The notes beneath the pieces are model-generated. The model had not been told where the DNA came from. It saw only the letters and a list, made by a program, of their open reading frames with translations, and made no database searches. The translations under genes were made by a program, and so were the position numbers. Positions 9,456-18,355 of a stretch of 64,000 bases of DNA are shown here, in pieces; positions within the stretch are counted from its first letter, which is position 1; each line of letters begins with the position of its first letter. This DNA comes from Candidatus Latescibacterota bacterium (lineage in GTDB: Bacteria; Latescibacterota; UBA2968; UBA8231), in assembly GCA_965243025.1 (NCBI GenBank), contig CBDETY010000003.1:6304001-6368000 (forward strand). The letters are read 5' to 3'.

Positions 9456-9890
9456 ACGGGCCCTCCGTTCATTTGGGTCGGGGGGCCGGTTGTCGCTGCC
9501 GAAGAGGCCGGGCCGTTTTCTGCCGGCCATTCCGTGTTGATTGCGCCTCGGAGCCGCCGGACCGGCCCCCTTGTTTCGGTAGCTCGCGGGCGCCCGGTTG
9601 CCGCCGCTCGCGAAAGCCGGGTCATGCAGTGCCTCCTGGGCTCGCAACTCCGCACGTAATCCCGCCGCGGTCACCGGCCCTTTAGTTCCGTCGCTGGCGG
9701 AGCCCGGTTTTCACCCCTCGCGAGGGCCCCGGTCATGCAGTGCCACACGATCGCTCAATCGCGTGAATCCCGCCCGCTGCCCCGCCCGAACGGGTCCTTG
9801 GGTCCGTCGCTCGCCCGGCCCGGTTTGCCGCTCGCGAAAGCCCCAGGGCAGTGGCTGCCCCCCGCAATACCGAGAGCATCCGGCCGGCCG
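9456..9890. repeat. Degenerate non-coding tandem repeat, 3-4 units of 105-117 bp
   Basis: Units start at ~9456, 9561, 9673 and 9790. Shared core GCCCGGTT..C(G/C)CTCGCGA(A/G)(A/G)GCC..GGTCATGCAGTGCC; the first unit is the most diverged. Confidence 0.7.
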
Positions 9891-10015
9891 CGGCAGCATT
9901 CCCGCTCGCGGCGTTTGCCTTCGCATGTCGGCCGCCCTGGTACGCCCGCTCCGGCTCCTCGCGAGCCTGCTGCATCGGCGGCCTTCGTTCATTACCCCTG
10001 TATTCGCACCCGGCA

Positions 10016-11122
10016 TCAGCCCAAGTTTCCCAAGACCGCGGCAGCCCCGGCCTCGTCCGATACCCCCTTCTCCCGGTTGCCGTATGTCAGGTTTCCCTGC
10101 ACCAGCACGTTCCGCGCGCCGGCCTCGACGCGGATTCCGTACCGCTGTCCGGCGTCGTCGACCTTGACGTGGTCGTGGACGGAGCAGATGCATCCCTGGA
10201 TCACCACCTGTTCCGCGCTCCCGGCGAGAATCCCCGCCTCCCGGTTGTTGTAGGCGTGGACGCCGCTGACGATGGTGTTGGCCGGGTCCCGGCCGCCCCC
10301 CTCGCCGTCGACGACGACGCCGCTGCCCCCGCGGGTGCCGCCGAAGTCGCTGCCGCCGGTGACCGTCGTGTCCTCGGTGTTGCGGCCGATCCGGATTCCC
10401 GCGCGGCCGTTGCGCACCCCGGTGACGCCGACGATCCGGATCCCCTGGTTGCGCTCGTACCCGCTCTCGGGGGAGGAAAGCAGAATCCCGCAATCCAGGC
10501 AATCCGAGAATTCGCCGCCGACCACCTTGACGTAGTGGCCGCGCTCGATCTTCAGGCCGACGCCGTTGACCTGGGGGTCGCAGAACTGGATCTGGGCGGC
10601 GTCGACCACGGCCCCCCGTTCGCCGCCGCCGCCGCGCAGGTGGAAGCCGATGCCGCAGTGGTTGGCGCCGACGTTGTGCAGCGAGAGCAGGTCGGTGGCG
10701 CCGCGCACCAGGATGCCGGCCTTGCCGTTCTCCTTCCCCGAGCCGACGAAGTGCAGGTCGCTGACGGTGACCCCGGCCGCCTTGATGCGGTTGCCGAAGA
10801 TGTCGAGCAGGTCGATGGCCCGGTCCGATCTCAGGACGGTGCCACCGCCGCCCCGGATACCGCGGGCCGCCCCCTGCAGGTGGACGCCGTGCCGGTCTTC
10901 TATGGTCACCGTCGAGGTCAGGTCCCAGGTGCCGGCGGCGATGGTTATGCGGCCGCCTTCGGTGGGCAGGCTGTCGACGGCCCCCTGGATGACCGCGGAG
11001 GCGTCCCCGCCGCCGGCGACGACGCGGCCTCCCATGGCCGAGGCGGCCGCCGCTTCACCCGCGGGGTTCCGGTGGATGTAGATGTCGGGGGACATCGCGG
11101 GAGCGGTCACTTTCTCTTGCAT
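10016..11122 (-). CDS. Right-handed parallel beta-helix repeat protein (pectate-lyase-like fold)
   Basis: D.SAVIQGAVDSLP..GGRITIAAGTW start, followed by repeated N..AGI.I beta-helix rungs. Confidence 0.75.
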   Translation of the reverse strand: MQEKVTAPAMSPDIYIHRNPAGEAAAASAMGGRVVAGGGDASAVIQGAVDSLPTEGGRITIAAGTWDLTSTVTIEDRHGVHLQGAARGIRGGGGTVLRSDRAIDLLDIFGNRIKAAGVTVSDLHFVGSGKENGKAGILVRGATDLLSLHNVGANHCGIGFHLRGGGGERGAVVDAAQIQFCDPQVNGVGLKIERGHYVKVVGGEFSDCLDCGILLSSPESGYERNQGIRIVGVTGVRNGRAGIRIGRNTEDTTVTGGSDFGGTRGGSGVVVDGEGGGRDPANTIVSGVHAYNNREAGILAGSAEQVVIQGCICSVHDHVKVDDAGQRYGIRVEAGARNVLVQGNLTYGNREKGVSDEAGAAAVLGNLG

Positions 11123-11247
11123 TGCTTTGAGCGGGCGCAGGCAGATGGTTCACCCGTCCCGGCCTGCCCCGGGTTTGCCCGCAGCTCCGCGCTGGCCGGC
11201 GGCATCCCCGGAGTCGAACAGGGCCGGGCTTCTCCCGCTGCGGTTTT

Positions 11248-13197
11248 TCACCAGAAGAAGAGGTAGTTGCCCTGCATGCCGGTGAAGCCGTCGACCACCA
11301 GCCACAGCCCTCCGGTCAGGTACTGTCCCAGAATCAGGCCCAGGAAAAAGGGCCGGACGCGATTGTACAGTCCCACGCCCCCGTGGTGCAAAGCGACGGT
11401 CTTGGCCACCCAGGCCACGAACATGCTGGCCATCACCTGGTGAGTGCACCAGACTGCGCCGATGGGGAAGCTCAGGGGGTGTATGGGCCACCACGCCAGG
11501 CGCTGGTGGGCGAGGGTCAACAGGATCTGCACCACGCCCCCGAACCCGACGAAGGCGAGGCTGTCCCAGCGCACGGCGCTGTCGGCGGCCAGGTGGTAGG
11601 AGATGAAGTCGAAGATCCGCCCTCCGGCCGCGGTTCCGAAGAACCAGTGGGCGCTCAGGTTTACCGCGCCGTGCCGGTAACCGAGCAGGAACATGGTTAC
11701 CGCTGCGCAGCAGATCGAGGCGGCCATCGCCGCGGCGATTCCCAGCAGCAGGCGCTTCCTCTGCCCCGCGACCATCCCGTGCGCAAGTTTCAGCCCGTGA
11801 GCCACGGCCGACATGGCCGATGTCCGCATCTCTCCGGCCCAGGGCAGGGTCATGCCGAGGGCGCCGACGCTCGCCGCCGGCATGTTGGCGCTGCCCACTG
11901 CGGCGACAACGAAATCCCCGGGCATGATGGGAATCCGGCTGACGGCGAGGCCGCCCTCGACGACTACCCGCGTGATTCCCAGAAGAAGCAGGAAGAACAG
12001 GACCAGGAACGCCGCGGCAACCCCGGCAGGCATCCCGGTTGCGACGAGCCAGGAGGCGATGAGGGCAAGGCTCCCGGTCAGCAGAAGGACCGTCTGCCGG
12101 CAGGTGAGAAGCTCCTCCCGTTCTCCCTCGCCGCCGCCTCGCCATGCCTGGACCAGGAACCTCCGGATATGGCGGCGCGCCACCCACAGCGCCGTCGCGG
12201 AAAAAACCAGCATGGCCCCCGTCCCCTGGTACGCGGGATAGACAGCGGGGCTGGTGTTGAATACCAGGCGCTCTCCACTGAAAAGGCCGACCCGCATCAG
12301 CACCACTTCCTCGATGATGGTCAGCGCCGCCATGAACCAGATCGAGAAGCTCAGTTTCGTGGTCAACAGGAAGCCGAAACCGATCCCCGCCCAGTTGATG
12401 CCCATCGGAATGTCCACGGCTCCGTCGGCGAAGAGCACATGGATGAAGGTGGGCAGACCCATCGGGAAGTTCGGGTGGTAGTGGTGCAGGGCCTTCATGG
12501 AGTAGAGGACCAGCGGAACACCTGCCCCCAACCAGAAAACGGGGTTCCCGAGTACCGATGCCGGCCGTATCCCGTTCTCCCGTTCCCCCCCGATCAGGGC
12601 GATCGGAACCTGTACCAGGGGGTAGAGGAGGCGCTCGTTGTCCATCCATTGCCGGCGCAGCATGATCGTCAGGGCGACGATGCTTCCCAGCAGGCCGCAC
12701 ACCAGCACTCCCCACGCCGCCAGGGGTTCGAGCCAGGCCTCCCACGGTATGCGTTCGCCGCGCGAAAGCCCCTCGAAAAACCCCCGGGCTGCCGACCGGT
12801 CGCCGACGATGAGCCAGGGCTGCAGGTGCGGGAGCACGGTCTCGAGCCACTTGTTCTCCGTGGACGCGTAGTAGATTCCGCCGGAGATGGCGGGAATCAG
12901 CATCCCCACCAGGCCGTTGGTGGGCAGGACGCAGGCCACCATGGCCATGATGTACAGGGTCGCCAGCTCGACCCGTGAAAACTCCCAGGATCGACGCGCC
13001 AGGCGTAGGGCGGGGTTGACGACGAGCACCAGCAGGGAGAAGGCGAAGAGCGCCGCCCCCATGCTGTAGTCGAAGTTCATCGTCGAACCCGAGATCATCA
13101 GGTTCTCCCAGGCCGCACCCCCACCGATTGCCGCAGCCAGCAGTATCCCCGCGATCAGGGCGCGCACCGTGATCCCCCGGTCATTCGTCGCTGTCAC
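11248..13197 (-). CDS. DUF6785/DUF6784 family multi-pass membrane protein (putative transporter)
   Basis: Many TM segments, ILRRQW-like 'MLRRQWMDNERLLYPLVQVP', WWPIHPL, RPFFLGLILG. Confidence 0.8.
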   Translation of the reverse strand: MTATNDRGITVRALIAGILLAAAIGGGAAWENLMISGSTMNFDYSMGAALFAFSLLVLVVNPALRLARRSWEFSRVELATLYIMAMVACVLPTNGLVGMLIPAISGGIYYASTENKWLETVLPHLQPWLIVGDRSAARGFFEGLSRGERIPWEAWLEPLAAWGVLVCGLLGSIVALTIMLRRQWMDNERLLYPLVQVPIALIGGERENGIRPASVLGNPVFWLGAGVPLVLYSMKALHHYHPNFPMGLPTFIHVLFADGAVDIPMGINWAGIGFGFLLTTKLSFSIWFMAALTIIEEVVLMRVGLFSGERLVFNTSPAVYPAYQGTGAMLVFSATALWVARRHIRRFLVQAWRGGGEGEREELLTCRQTVLLLTGSLALIASWLVATGMPAGVAAAFLVLFFLLLLGITRVVVEGGLAVSRIPIMPGDFVVAAVGSANMPAASVGALGMTLPWAGEMRTSAMSAVAHGLKLAHGMVAGQRKRLLLGIAAAMAASICCAAVTMFLLGYRHGAVNLSAHWFFGTAAGGRIFDFISYHLAADSAVRWDSLAFVGFGGVVQILLTLAHQRLAWWPIHPLSFPIGAVWCTHQVMASMFVAWVAKTVALHHGGVGLYNRVRPFFLGLILGQYLTGGLWLVVDGFTGMQGNYLFFW

Positions 13198-13232
13198 GGT
13201 TTTTCCCCGGGCGCGCTTCTCCTGCTGCCGAC

Positions 13233-13264
13233 AAAAAAAAGGGAGTGCCTTTCGACACTCCCTT
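13233..13264 (-). terminator. Rho-independent terminator of tRNA-Glu
   Basis: Stem AAGGGAGTG/CACTCCCTT followed by a T-tract on the minus strand, ~10 nt after the tRNA CCA. Confidence 0.8.
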
Positions 13265-13274
13265 CTAAAATTCG

Positions 13275-13350
13275 TGGTAGCCCGTACGGGATTCGAACCC
13301 GTGTTACCGGCGTGAGAGGCCGGCGTCCTAGGCCTCTAGACGAACGGGCC
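13275..13350 (-). tRNA. tRNA-Glu (anticodon CTC)
   Basis: GGCCCGTTCGTCTAGAGGCCTAGGACGCCGGCCTCTCACGCCGGTAACACGGGTTCGAATCCCGTACGGGCTACCA. Cloverleaf, CCGGC/GCCGG anticodon stem, GTTCGAATC T-loop, encoded CCA. Confidence 0.97.
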
Positions 13351-13373
13351 ATGGTGCGGTTGGGAATCGGTTA

Positions 13374-13402
13374 ATTCTATCCCGGAACGGCGCCGCTGTC
13401 AA
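13374..13402 (-). promoter_or_regulatory. Sigma70 promoter of tRNA-Glu
   Basis: TTGACA-17 nt-TAGAAT on the minus strand, ~24 nt upstream of the tRNA. Confidence 0.8.
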
Positions 13403-13478
13403 CGGTTTGGAGGCTCCCGAAGGCTGTCCGTAAAACCGTGTCCATCCCTATATTCGGCCCCTTCCGGCGCTTCCGATC

Positions 13479-14228
13479 ATGAACAAGCCTTCCTTCACGA
13501 CCGGCTACGAGAACCTGTCCCTGGCGGACCGGCTCATGCGCGTGGTGTACGCCCCGCGGACGAGCTACGAAGCGGTGCGGGACGACCCGACGTCGCAGGA
13601 CTGGCTGCTGCCGGTCATGCTGATGTGCCTGGTCTGGATCGGCTCGAACTACGCGACCCTGTCGGTCACCGCCGACCCCGGGCTGCCGGCGATGCAGGAG
13701 CGCCTCGACGGGTTGTCGGAGGAGCATCGGCAGCAGGCCATGGAGAATCTCGAAACCTGGCGCGACCACGGCTGGATGACCCTGCCCCTGGTGAACGGCC
13801 TTTCGACGGTCGTCTGCGTCGGTCTGGTGATGCTGGGGGTCGGGCGCTGGATCCTGCGCGCCGACGTCACCCTGCGGCAGATGCTGACCCTGAAGGGGTA
13901 CGCCGCGGTCATCGTCGCCATCGAGAAAGTCGTCAGCACGCCGCTGATGCTGATTTCCCAGAAGCCGTTCGTCCACCTCGGGCCGGGGGCTTTCGTAGGG
14001 GAGGAGGCGGCCGGCACCTTCCTGGGCAAGATGCTGATCGGCATCAACCTGTTCGACCTGTGGCAGGTGTACGTCGTCGGCATCGGGCTGTCGGTTATGG
14101 CCCAGGTCCCGGTGAACCGGGCGCTTCCGTTGGTGCTGTTCCTCTGGGTGTTCTGGCTGGCGATGGGCGCCGCGGTTCCCGAGCCGCCGGGGCCGCTTCC
14201 CCCGGCGCCGGAAACGCCGGCCGGGTAG
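13479..14228 (+). CDS. YIP1 family membrane protein
   Basis: APRTSYEAV..P..DWLLP start, about five TM helices, INLFDLW motif. Confidence 0.75.
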   Translation: MNKPSFTTGYENLSLADRLMRVVYAPRTSYEAVRDDPTSQDWLLPVMLMCLVWIGSNYATLSVTADPGLPAMQERLDGLSEEHRQQAMENLETWRDHGWMTLPLVNGLSTVVCVGLVMLGVGRWILRADVTLRQMLTLKGYAAVIVAIEKVVSTPLMLISQKPFVHLGPGAFVGEEAAGTFLGKMLIGINLFDLWQVYVVGIGLSVMAQVPVNRALPLVLFLWVFWLAMGAAVPEPPGPLPPAPETPAG

Positions 14229-14234
14229 CGCTGG

Positions 14235-14383
14235 CGTTATTCGGCTGCACCCAGACTTCCACTTCGTCGATCACGATATCCCCCCCGGCATCCGGGTCTC
14301 CCTTCGTCAGCGTCATTTCCAGCCGGTTGTCGCCATGGGCCATCGCCTCCGGCGGCACCGGGAACCAGCGGGTTCCGGGATGC
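14235..14383 (-). pseudogene. 3'-terminal remnant of a larger gene, truncated next to the higBA module
   Basis: Protein-like frame HPGTRWFPVPPEAMAHGDNRLEMTLTKGDPDAGGDIVIDEVEVWVQP, resembling a beta-sandwich C-terminus; begins right after an in-frame TAG, with no convincing start or RBS. Confidence 0.45.
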
Positions 14384-14413
14384 TAGCCACTACCGTGGTT
14401 CGCCCGGAGGCCG

Positions 14414-14442
14414 TTGCGATTTATCGCAAAATGCGATAATGT
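14414..14442 (+). promoter_or_regulatory. higBA promoter with two overlapping palindromic operators
   Basis: TTGCGAT-tt-ATCGCAA (14414-14429) and TTATCGCA-aaa-TGCGATAA (14421-14439); TTGCGA-17-TAATGT. Confidence 0.6.
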
Positions 14443-14449
14443 CTTTTGA

Positions 14450-14737
14450 ATGCACGTCATCTCTCGCAAAGCCCTTCGTGAGTTTTGGGCACGGCATCCC
14501 GATAGCAAGATGCCCCTGAGTCGGTGGTTCAGAATCATGCGGCAGACCCGGTTCAACAGCTTCACCGCCTTGCGCCACACCTTTCCTTCTGCCGACAAAG
14601 TCGGGGATTTTGTCGTGTTCAACATCGCCGGCAACAAGTACCGCCTGGTTGCCTCCATTCACTTCAATCGGGAAAAAGTGTATATCCGTCATGTACTTAC
14701 ACACCATGCCTACGACCGTGGAGAATGGAAGACATGA
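14450..14737 (+). CDS. higB: Type II TA toxin, HigB family
   Basis: MHVISRKALREFW..HP, FPSADKV, VFNIAGNKYRL, LTH..YD. Confidence 0.9.
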   Translation: MHVISRKALREFWARHPDSKMPLSRWFRIMRQTRFNSFTALRHTFPSADKVGDFVVFNIAGNKYRLVASIHFNREKVYIRHVLTHHAYDRGEWKT

Positions 14738-15132
14738 GCGTCATTACCCCACAGCATCGGCGATCCTGGACGCAAGTGAGTTCCCTGCTCAGGATTGGGA
14801 ACGAGCAGGAGTATGATCTGGCCCTGGAGCGCCTCAACAGCTTGGTTGATGAAGTGGGTACTGATGAGCGGCATCCACTCTATTCTCTGCTCGATACCCT
14901 TGGTGCAGTTGTCCATGCCTGGGAGGAACAACATCATCCCATGCCAACTCCGGGGGGGGCCGATTCACTTCGATTTCTTATGGAAGAGCACGAATTGACC
15001 CAGTCGGATTTGCCTGAGGTGGGTTCTCAAGGGGTGGTTTCGGAGATTCTGGGGGGCAAGCGGGCCCTGAACGTCAGGCAGATACGCGCCCTGTCCGAAC
15101 GGTTCGGCGTTTCACCCGCAGTTTTCGTCTAG
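14734..15132 (+). CDS. higA: Type II TA antitoxin, HigA family (HTH)
   Basis: ATGA overlap with higB. LRFLMEEHELTQSDLPEVGSQGVVSEILGGKRALNVRQIRALSERFGVSP. Confidence 0.9.
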   Translation: MSVITPQHRRSWTQVSSLLRIGNEQEYDLALERLNSLVDEVGTDERHPLYSLLDTLGAVVHAWEEQHHPMPTPGGADSLRFLMEEHELTQSDLPEVGSQGVVSEILGGKRALNVRQIRALSERFGVSPAVFV

Positions 15133-15291
15133 TGCCTGCGCGCCGATTGGTCCCAAATGCCGTCCCGGGCAGCCCGGGTCAGCGGAAAAATTGCCCCGAA
15201 GCTCCTCTCCCAGGTTGGGACCGGGGCATTCAAACCGGCGCCCGGTAGATACCGGTCAGGCCCGGTACCTGTCTGGAAATGCAATTGCCTG

Positions 15292-16431
15292 TCAGGGCAG
15301 GCCGGCTTCGCGGCAGAATGTCGAGAACGGCAGCACGCGGGTGCCGGTGTTTTCGTTGCCGAAGTCCCTCTCGCCCAGGTGAACCTGGTAGAACCGCGGG
15401 ATATCCGTCCGCTCCCTGAAATACCGGCATGCCGGGGCGGCGCTCTGCTCCCCGCTCTTGCACTCGACCGCGAATTCGGCAGCTCCGCCGCGGAGAACGA
15501 CGAAGTCCACCTCCCGCCTGTCGGTATCGCGGATGAAGCGCAGCTCCATCTCGTACCCTTCCGTGTCCTCGACGAAGTGGCAGTATTTCAGGAGATGGCC
15601 GGCCACCATGTTCTCGAAGCGGACGCCCCGGTCGGGAACGCGCGACCAGTCCCAGAAATACAGCTTCCTTTCCTTGCGGACCGCCCTGATCCTCGTCCCT
15701 CCGAACGGTGGAATGCGGTAGCAGAGGTACAGCCTTTCGAAGATCGTCAGCCAGCGTTCGACCGATTCGTGCGACGCCTGCAGCAGCCGGGCCAGGCTGT
15801 TGACGGAGAGCGGGGAGCCCACGCACCCCGGCAGGTGAGACAGCAGGAGATCCAGCATCGAAATCTCCCTGACGTTCTCCAGGTCGCGGAGGTCCTCGTG
15901 GATGATCCTCGAGGAATGCTCGCGCTGCCAGCGGCGATGGAAGCGCACCTCTCCCCTGAGAAACGGCTCGGGGAAACCGCCGAACCGGAGCAGCTGCTCC
16001 GATAACGCCTCATCAGGAGCCGCCCCGTATTCCGTCGCCGTGAAAGGATGCAGCCGGAAGTAGTGGTACCGCCCCTGCAGGGAATCTCCCCCCTTGCGGT
16101 AGTAGTCGAGCCGCGCCGACCCGGTGACGATGAAGGAAACGGAGCTTCTGTTCCTGTCGAACAGTCCCTTCACCAGATTCCGCCAGCGCGCGAACTTGTG
16201 GATCTCGTCGAAGATGATACGGGGCTGCCCGGAGGGCAGGCGTTCCGCCAGGATATTCTCGCGGTCTGCAAGCGCGTCCCAGTTGAGGTAAGCCGGGGAC
16301 GACTCGTTGCTGCCGGGTCCGAGCAGAGAAAGGGCAAGGGTGGTTTTTCCGACCTGCCGCGGCCCGCCGACGAATACCATCCGGTTGGCGAGGTCCGCTT
16401 CGATATGGTCCCTGACGTAGCGCGGCTCCAT
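15292..16431 (-). CDS. AAA_14 ATPase with DUF4143 domain
   Basis: GPRQVGKTT, FDEIHK, VTGSA, SLQGR, GGFPE, KLYFWD, FENMV, REVDF, AVECK. Confidence 0.9.
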   Translation of the reverse strand: MEPRYVRDHIEADLANRMVFVGGPRQVGKTTLALSLLGPGSNESSPAYLNWDALADRENILAERLPSGQPRIIFDEIHKFARWRNLVKGLFDRNRSSVSFIVTGSARLDYYRKGGDSLQGRYHYFRLHPFTATEYGAAPDEALSEQLLRFGGFPEPFLRGEVRFHRRWQREHSSRIIHEDLRDLENVREISMLDLLLSHLPGCVGSPLSVNSLARLLQASHESVERWLTIFERLYLCYRIPPFGGTRIRAVRKERKLYFWDWSRVPDRGVRFENMVAGHLLKYCHFVEDTEGYEMELRFIRDTDRREVDFVVLRGGAAEFAVECKSGEQSAAPACRYFRERTDIPRFYQVHLGERDFGNENTGTRVLPFSTFCREAGLP

Positions 16432-16483
16432 CCTTTTGCCAGCCCAGGAGAAAGGCGTTGGTGTTTCAGGTAATACCTTAATT

Positions 16484-16495
16484 TACTCATGAGTA
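16484..16495. promoter_or_regulatory. 12-bp palindrome in the AAA_14 gene promoter region
   Basis: TACTCATGAGTA lies between TTGACT and TAAATT on the minus strand. Confidence 0.35.
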
Positions 16496-16670
16496 TTTCA
16501 GAGTCAACATGAAAATAGTCATGGACAGGATGGCAACCCTCGGAATGTCTGTCGGGAGTCCCACCAACCCGTCGGCTTCCTTCCTCATGCGCGTTGCCCG
16601 GGGAGGTTGATCGAAGTTACTTTGACCTTGAGATCCGGGAAAAGTTTGGATACATATAACATCGGGAATC

Positions 16671-16907
16671 ATGCCGACTATTCTGAGAAGCGGACCGTAT
16701 CAATTTTACTTTCTTTCCGGGGACCAAGGCGAACCTCCGCATGTACATGTCAGGCGAGATCGGCAATTCGCCAAGTTTTGGTTGGAACCCGTTGTTCTGC
16801 AGAAGGCAGGTAGCTTCGACACACCGGAAATTCAGCGCATTCAGAGGATCGTACGACAGAACCAAACAGCATTTTTGGAGGCGTGGCATGACTTCTTTGA
16901 CAATTGA
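16671..16907 (+). CDS. DUF4160 domain protein (TA-like)
   Basis: MPTILRSGPYQFYF, EPPHVHV, AKFWLEP, EAWHDFF. Confidence 0.85.
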   Translation: MPTILRSGPYQFYFLSGDQGEPPHVHVRRDRQFAKFWLEPVVLQKAGSFDTPEIQRIQRIVRQNQTAFLEAWHDFFDN

Positions 16908-17214
16908 ACTGGAATTACCCAGGGCCACTTGCATCCGAGCTACCGACGATACACTGACAGCGGAGTTGGCTGACGGACGCCGTATTTCCGTCCCGCTGAC
17001 TTGGTATCCCAGGCTCGTTCACGCAACGCAGGAAGAACGAAACCACTGGGAGCTGATCGGCGACGGGCAGCACATCCACTGGAAGGATCTCGACGAGGAC
17101 ATCAGCGTGGAGAACCTGATGGCTGGACAGCCTTCAGGGGAAAGCAAGCGATCCTTTGAGCGGTGGCTCACTGCAAAAAAAGAAGGACGTGATCTCACAC
17201 TCGATGAGCTATAA
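16888..17214 (+). CDS. DUF2442 domain protein (partner of DUF4160)
   Basis: LADGRRISVPLTWYPRL..AT.EER..WELIG.G.HIHW.DLDEDIS; overlaps the upstream gene. Confidence 0.85.
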   Translation: MTSLTIELELPRATCIRATDDTLTAELADGRRISVPLTWYPRLVHATQEERNHWELIGDGQHIHWKDLDEDISVENLMAGQPSGESKRSFERWLTAKKEGRDLTLDEL

Positions 17215-17433
17215 ACAAAAGCCCCAAAATTTCAACGCCGGGGGACAGCTGTATTTGTGTGAAGATCCCCCCCTCGGCTTTGCCCTTGCCCGAGGTTCCA
17301 TAAGTAACTCCCAAATCCCGTGGCGGCCCCCTCCTGCCGTCGGTACATTTGAAACCCCTCGGCATCCCCGCCGATCGCAGCGCCCCCACCGCATCTTCTC
17401 CCCCGCGCACCAGCCGCCGCCCTGGGAATTTCC

Positions 17434-18138
17434 GTGTCCGAACATATCGGCATCCTCCGGGAGCGCTCGCTCCACGCCTCGGTCAAGCAGTGGTACGCCC
17501 TGCCGGGCGACCTGCTGGAGGAGCGGGTGGGGGGCTACGTCGTCGACATCGTCCGCGACGGCAGCATCGCCCGCGACCGCCAGCTGCTGATCGAGATCCA
17601 GACCCGCGGCTTCGCCCCCCTCAAGCGCAAGCTGCGGCAGCTGACCGAGGAGTACGAGGTCAGGCTGGTTCACCCGATCCCGCGCGAGAAGTGGATCCTG
17701 CGGCTCGCCGCCGACGAAGAGACCGTGATCGGCCGGCGCAGGTCCCCGAAGCGGGGGATGGCCGCCCACCTGTTCGAGCATCTCGTCAGCATTCCCGAGC
17801 TGGTGAGCAGGGACTCGTTCAGCATCGAGGTGCTGATGATCCAGGAGGAGGAGGTGCGCTGCTACGACGGCCGCGGCAGCTGGCGCCACCGCGAGTGGAC
17901 GCGCCGCGACCGGCGCCTGCTCGACGTGGTGGAGCGCCGGATTTTCGCGCAGCCGGCCGATTTCCTCGGCTTCGTTCCGGCGCAGCTGAACAGGCCGTTC
18001 ACCAACCGCGAGTTGGCCGAGAGCACCGCCTACGCCCCCCGGCTGGCGGAGAAGCTCACCTACTGCCTCAAGAAGATGGGCGCCCTGGAGGTGGTCGGCA
18101 GGCGCGGCAGGGCGCAGCTGTTCGCCGAGGCGGCCTGA
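17434..18138 (+). CDS. Hypothetical protein with PD-(D/E)xK-nuclease-like N-terminus and C-terminal HTH
   Basis: LRERSLHASVKQWY, YVVDI...LIEIQT; C-terminal PFTNRELA...TYCLKKMG. Confidence 0.65.
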   Translation: MSEHIGILRERSLHASVKQWYALPGDLLEERVGGYVVDIVRDGSIARDRQLLIEIQTRGFAPLKRKLRQLTEEYEVRLVHPIPREKWILRLAADEETVIGRRRSPKRGMAAHLFEHLVSIPELVSRDSFSIEVLMIQEEEVRCYDGRGSWRHREWTRRDRRLLDVVERRIFAQPADFLGFVPAQLNRPFTNRELAESTAYAPRLAEKLTYCLKKMGALEVVGRRGRAQLFAEAA

Positions 18139-18237
18139 GCGGAGAGAGCTGTCGGCGGTGAGGGTGCGCTTGTTGCGCCGGTGTTGCCACGGCAGGGCGC
18201 AGCTGTTCGCCGGGGTTGTCTGAGCCGAGAGACCTGT
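18105..18237 (+). repeat. 48-bp imperfect direct repeat duplicating the 3' end of the preceding gene
   Basis: CGGCAGGGCGCAGCTGTTCGCCG (23 bp identical) at 18105 and 18190; similarity extends through the TGA stop to GAGAGA.CTGT. Confidence 0.75.
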
Positions 18238-18355
18238 TACCGGTAGTACGGGGTTGTTTTTTCGTCCCCGGCGAGGCCTGCCTTTGCCGCCGCGATTGCC
18301 CGCAGGTGCCGGCGGGGCGAACTTCACCGCGTCCGGAACCTGACCTGAAAAGCAC

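Noticed and set aside
9456-9890. CRISPR array interpretation of the periodic repeat
   Set aside because: The repeats are too degenerate, the period (105-117 bp) is too long, the 'spacers' resemble each other, and there are no cas genes.
13275-13350. tRNA-Glu as an island integration site
   Set aside because: No integrase and no duplicate of the tRNA 3' end were seen; the native terminator follows directly.
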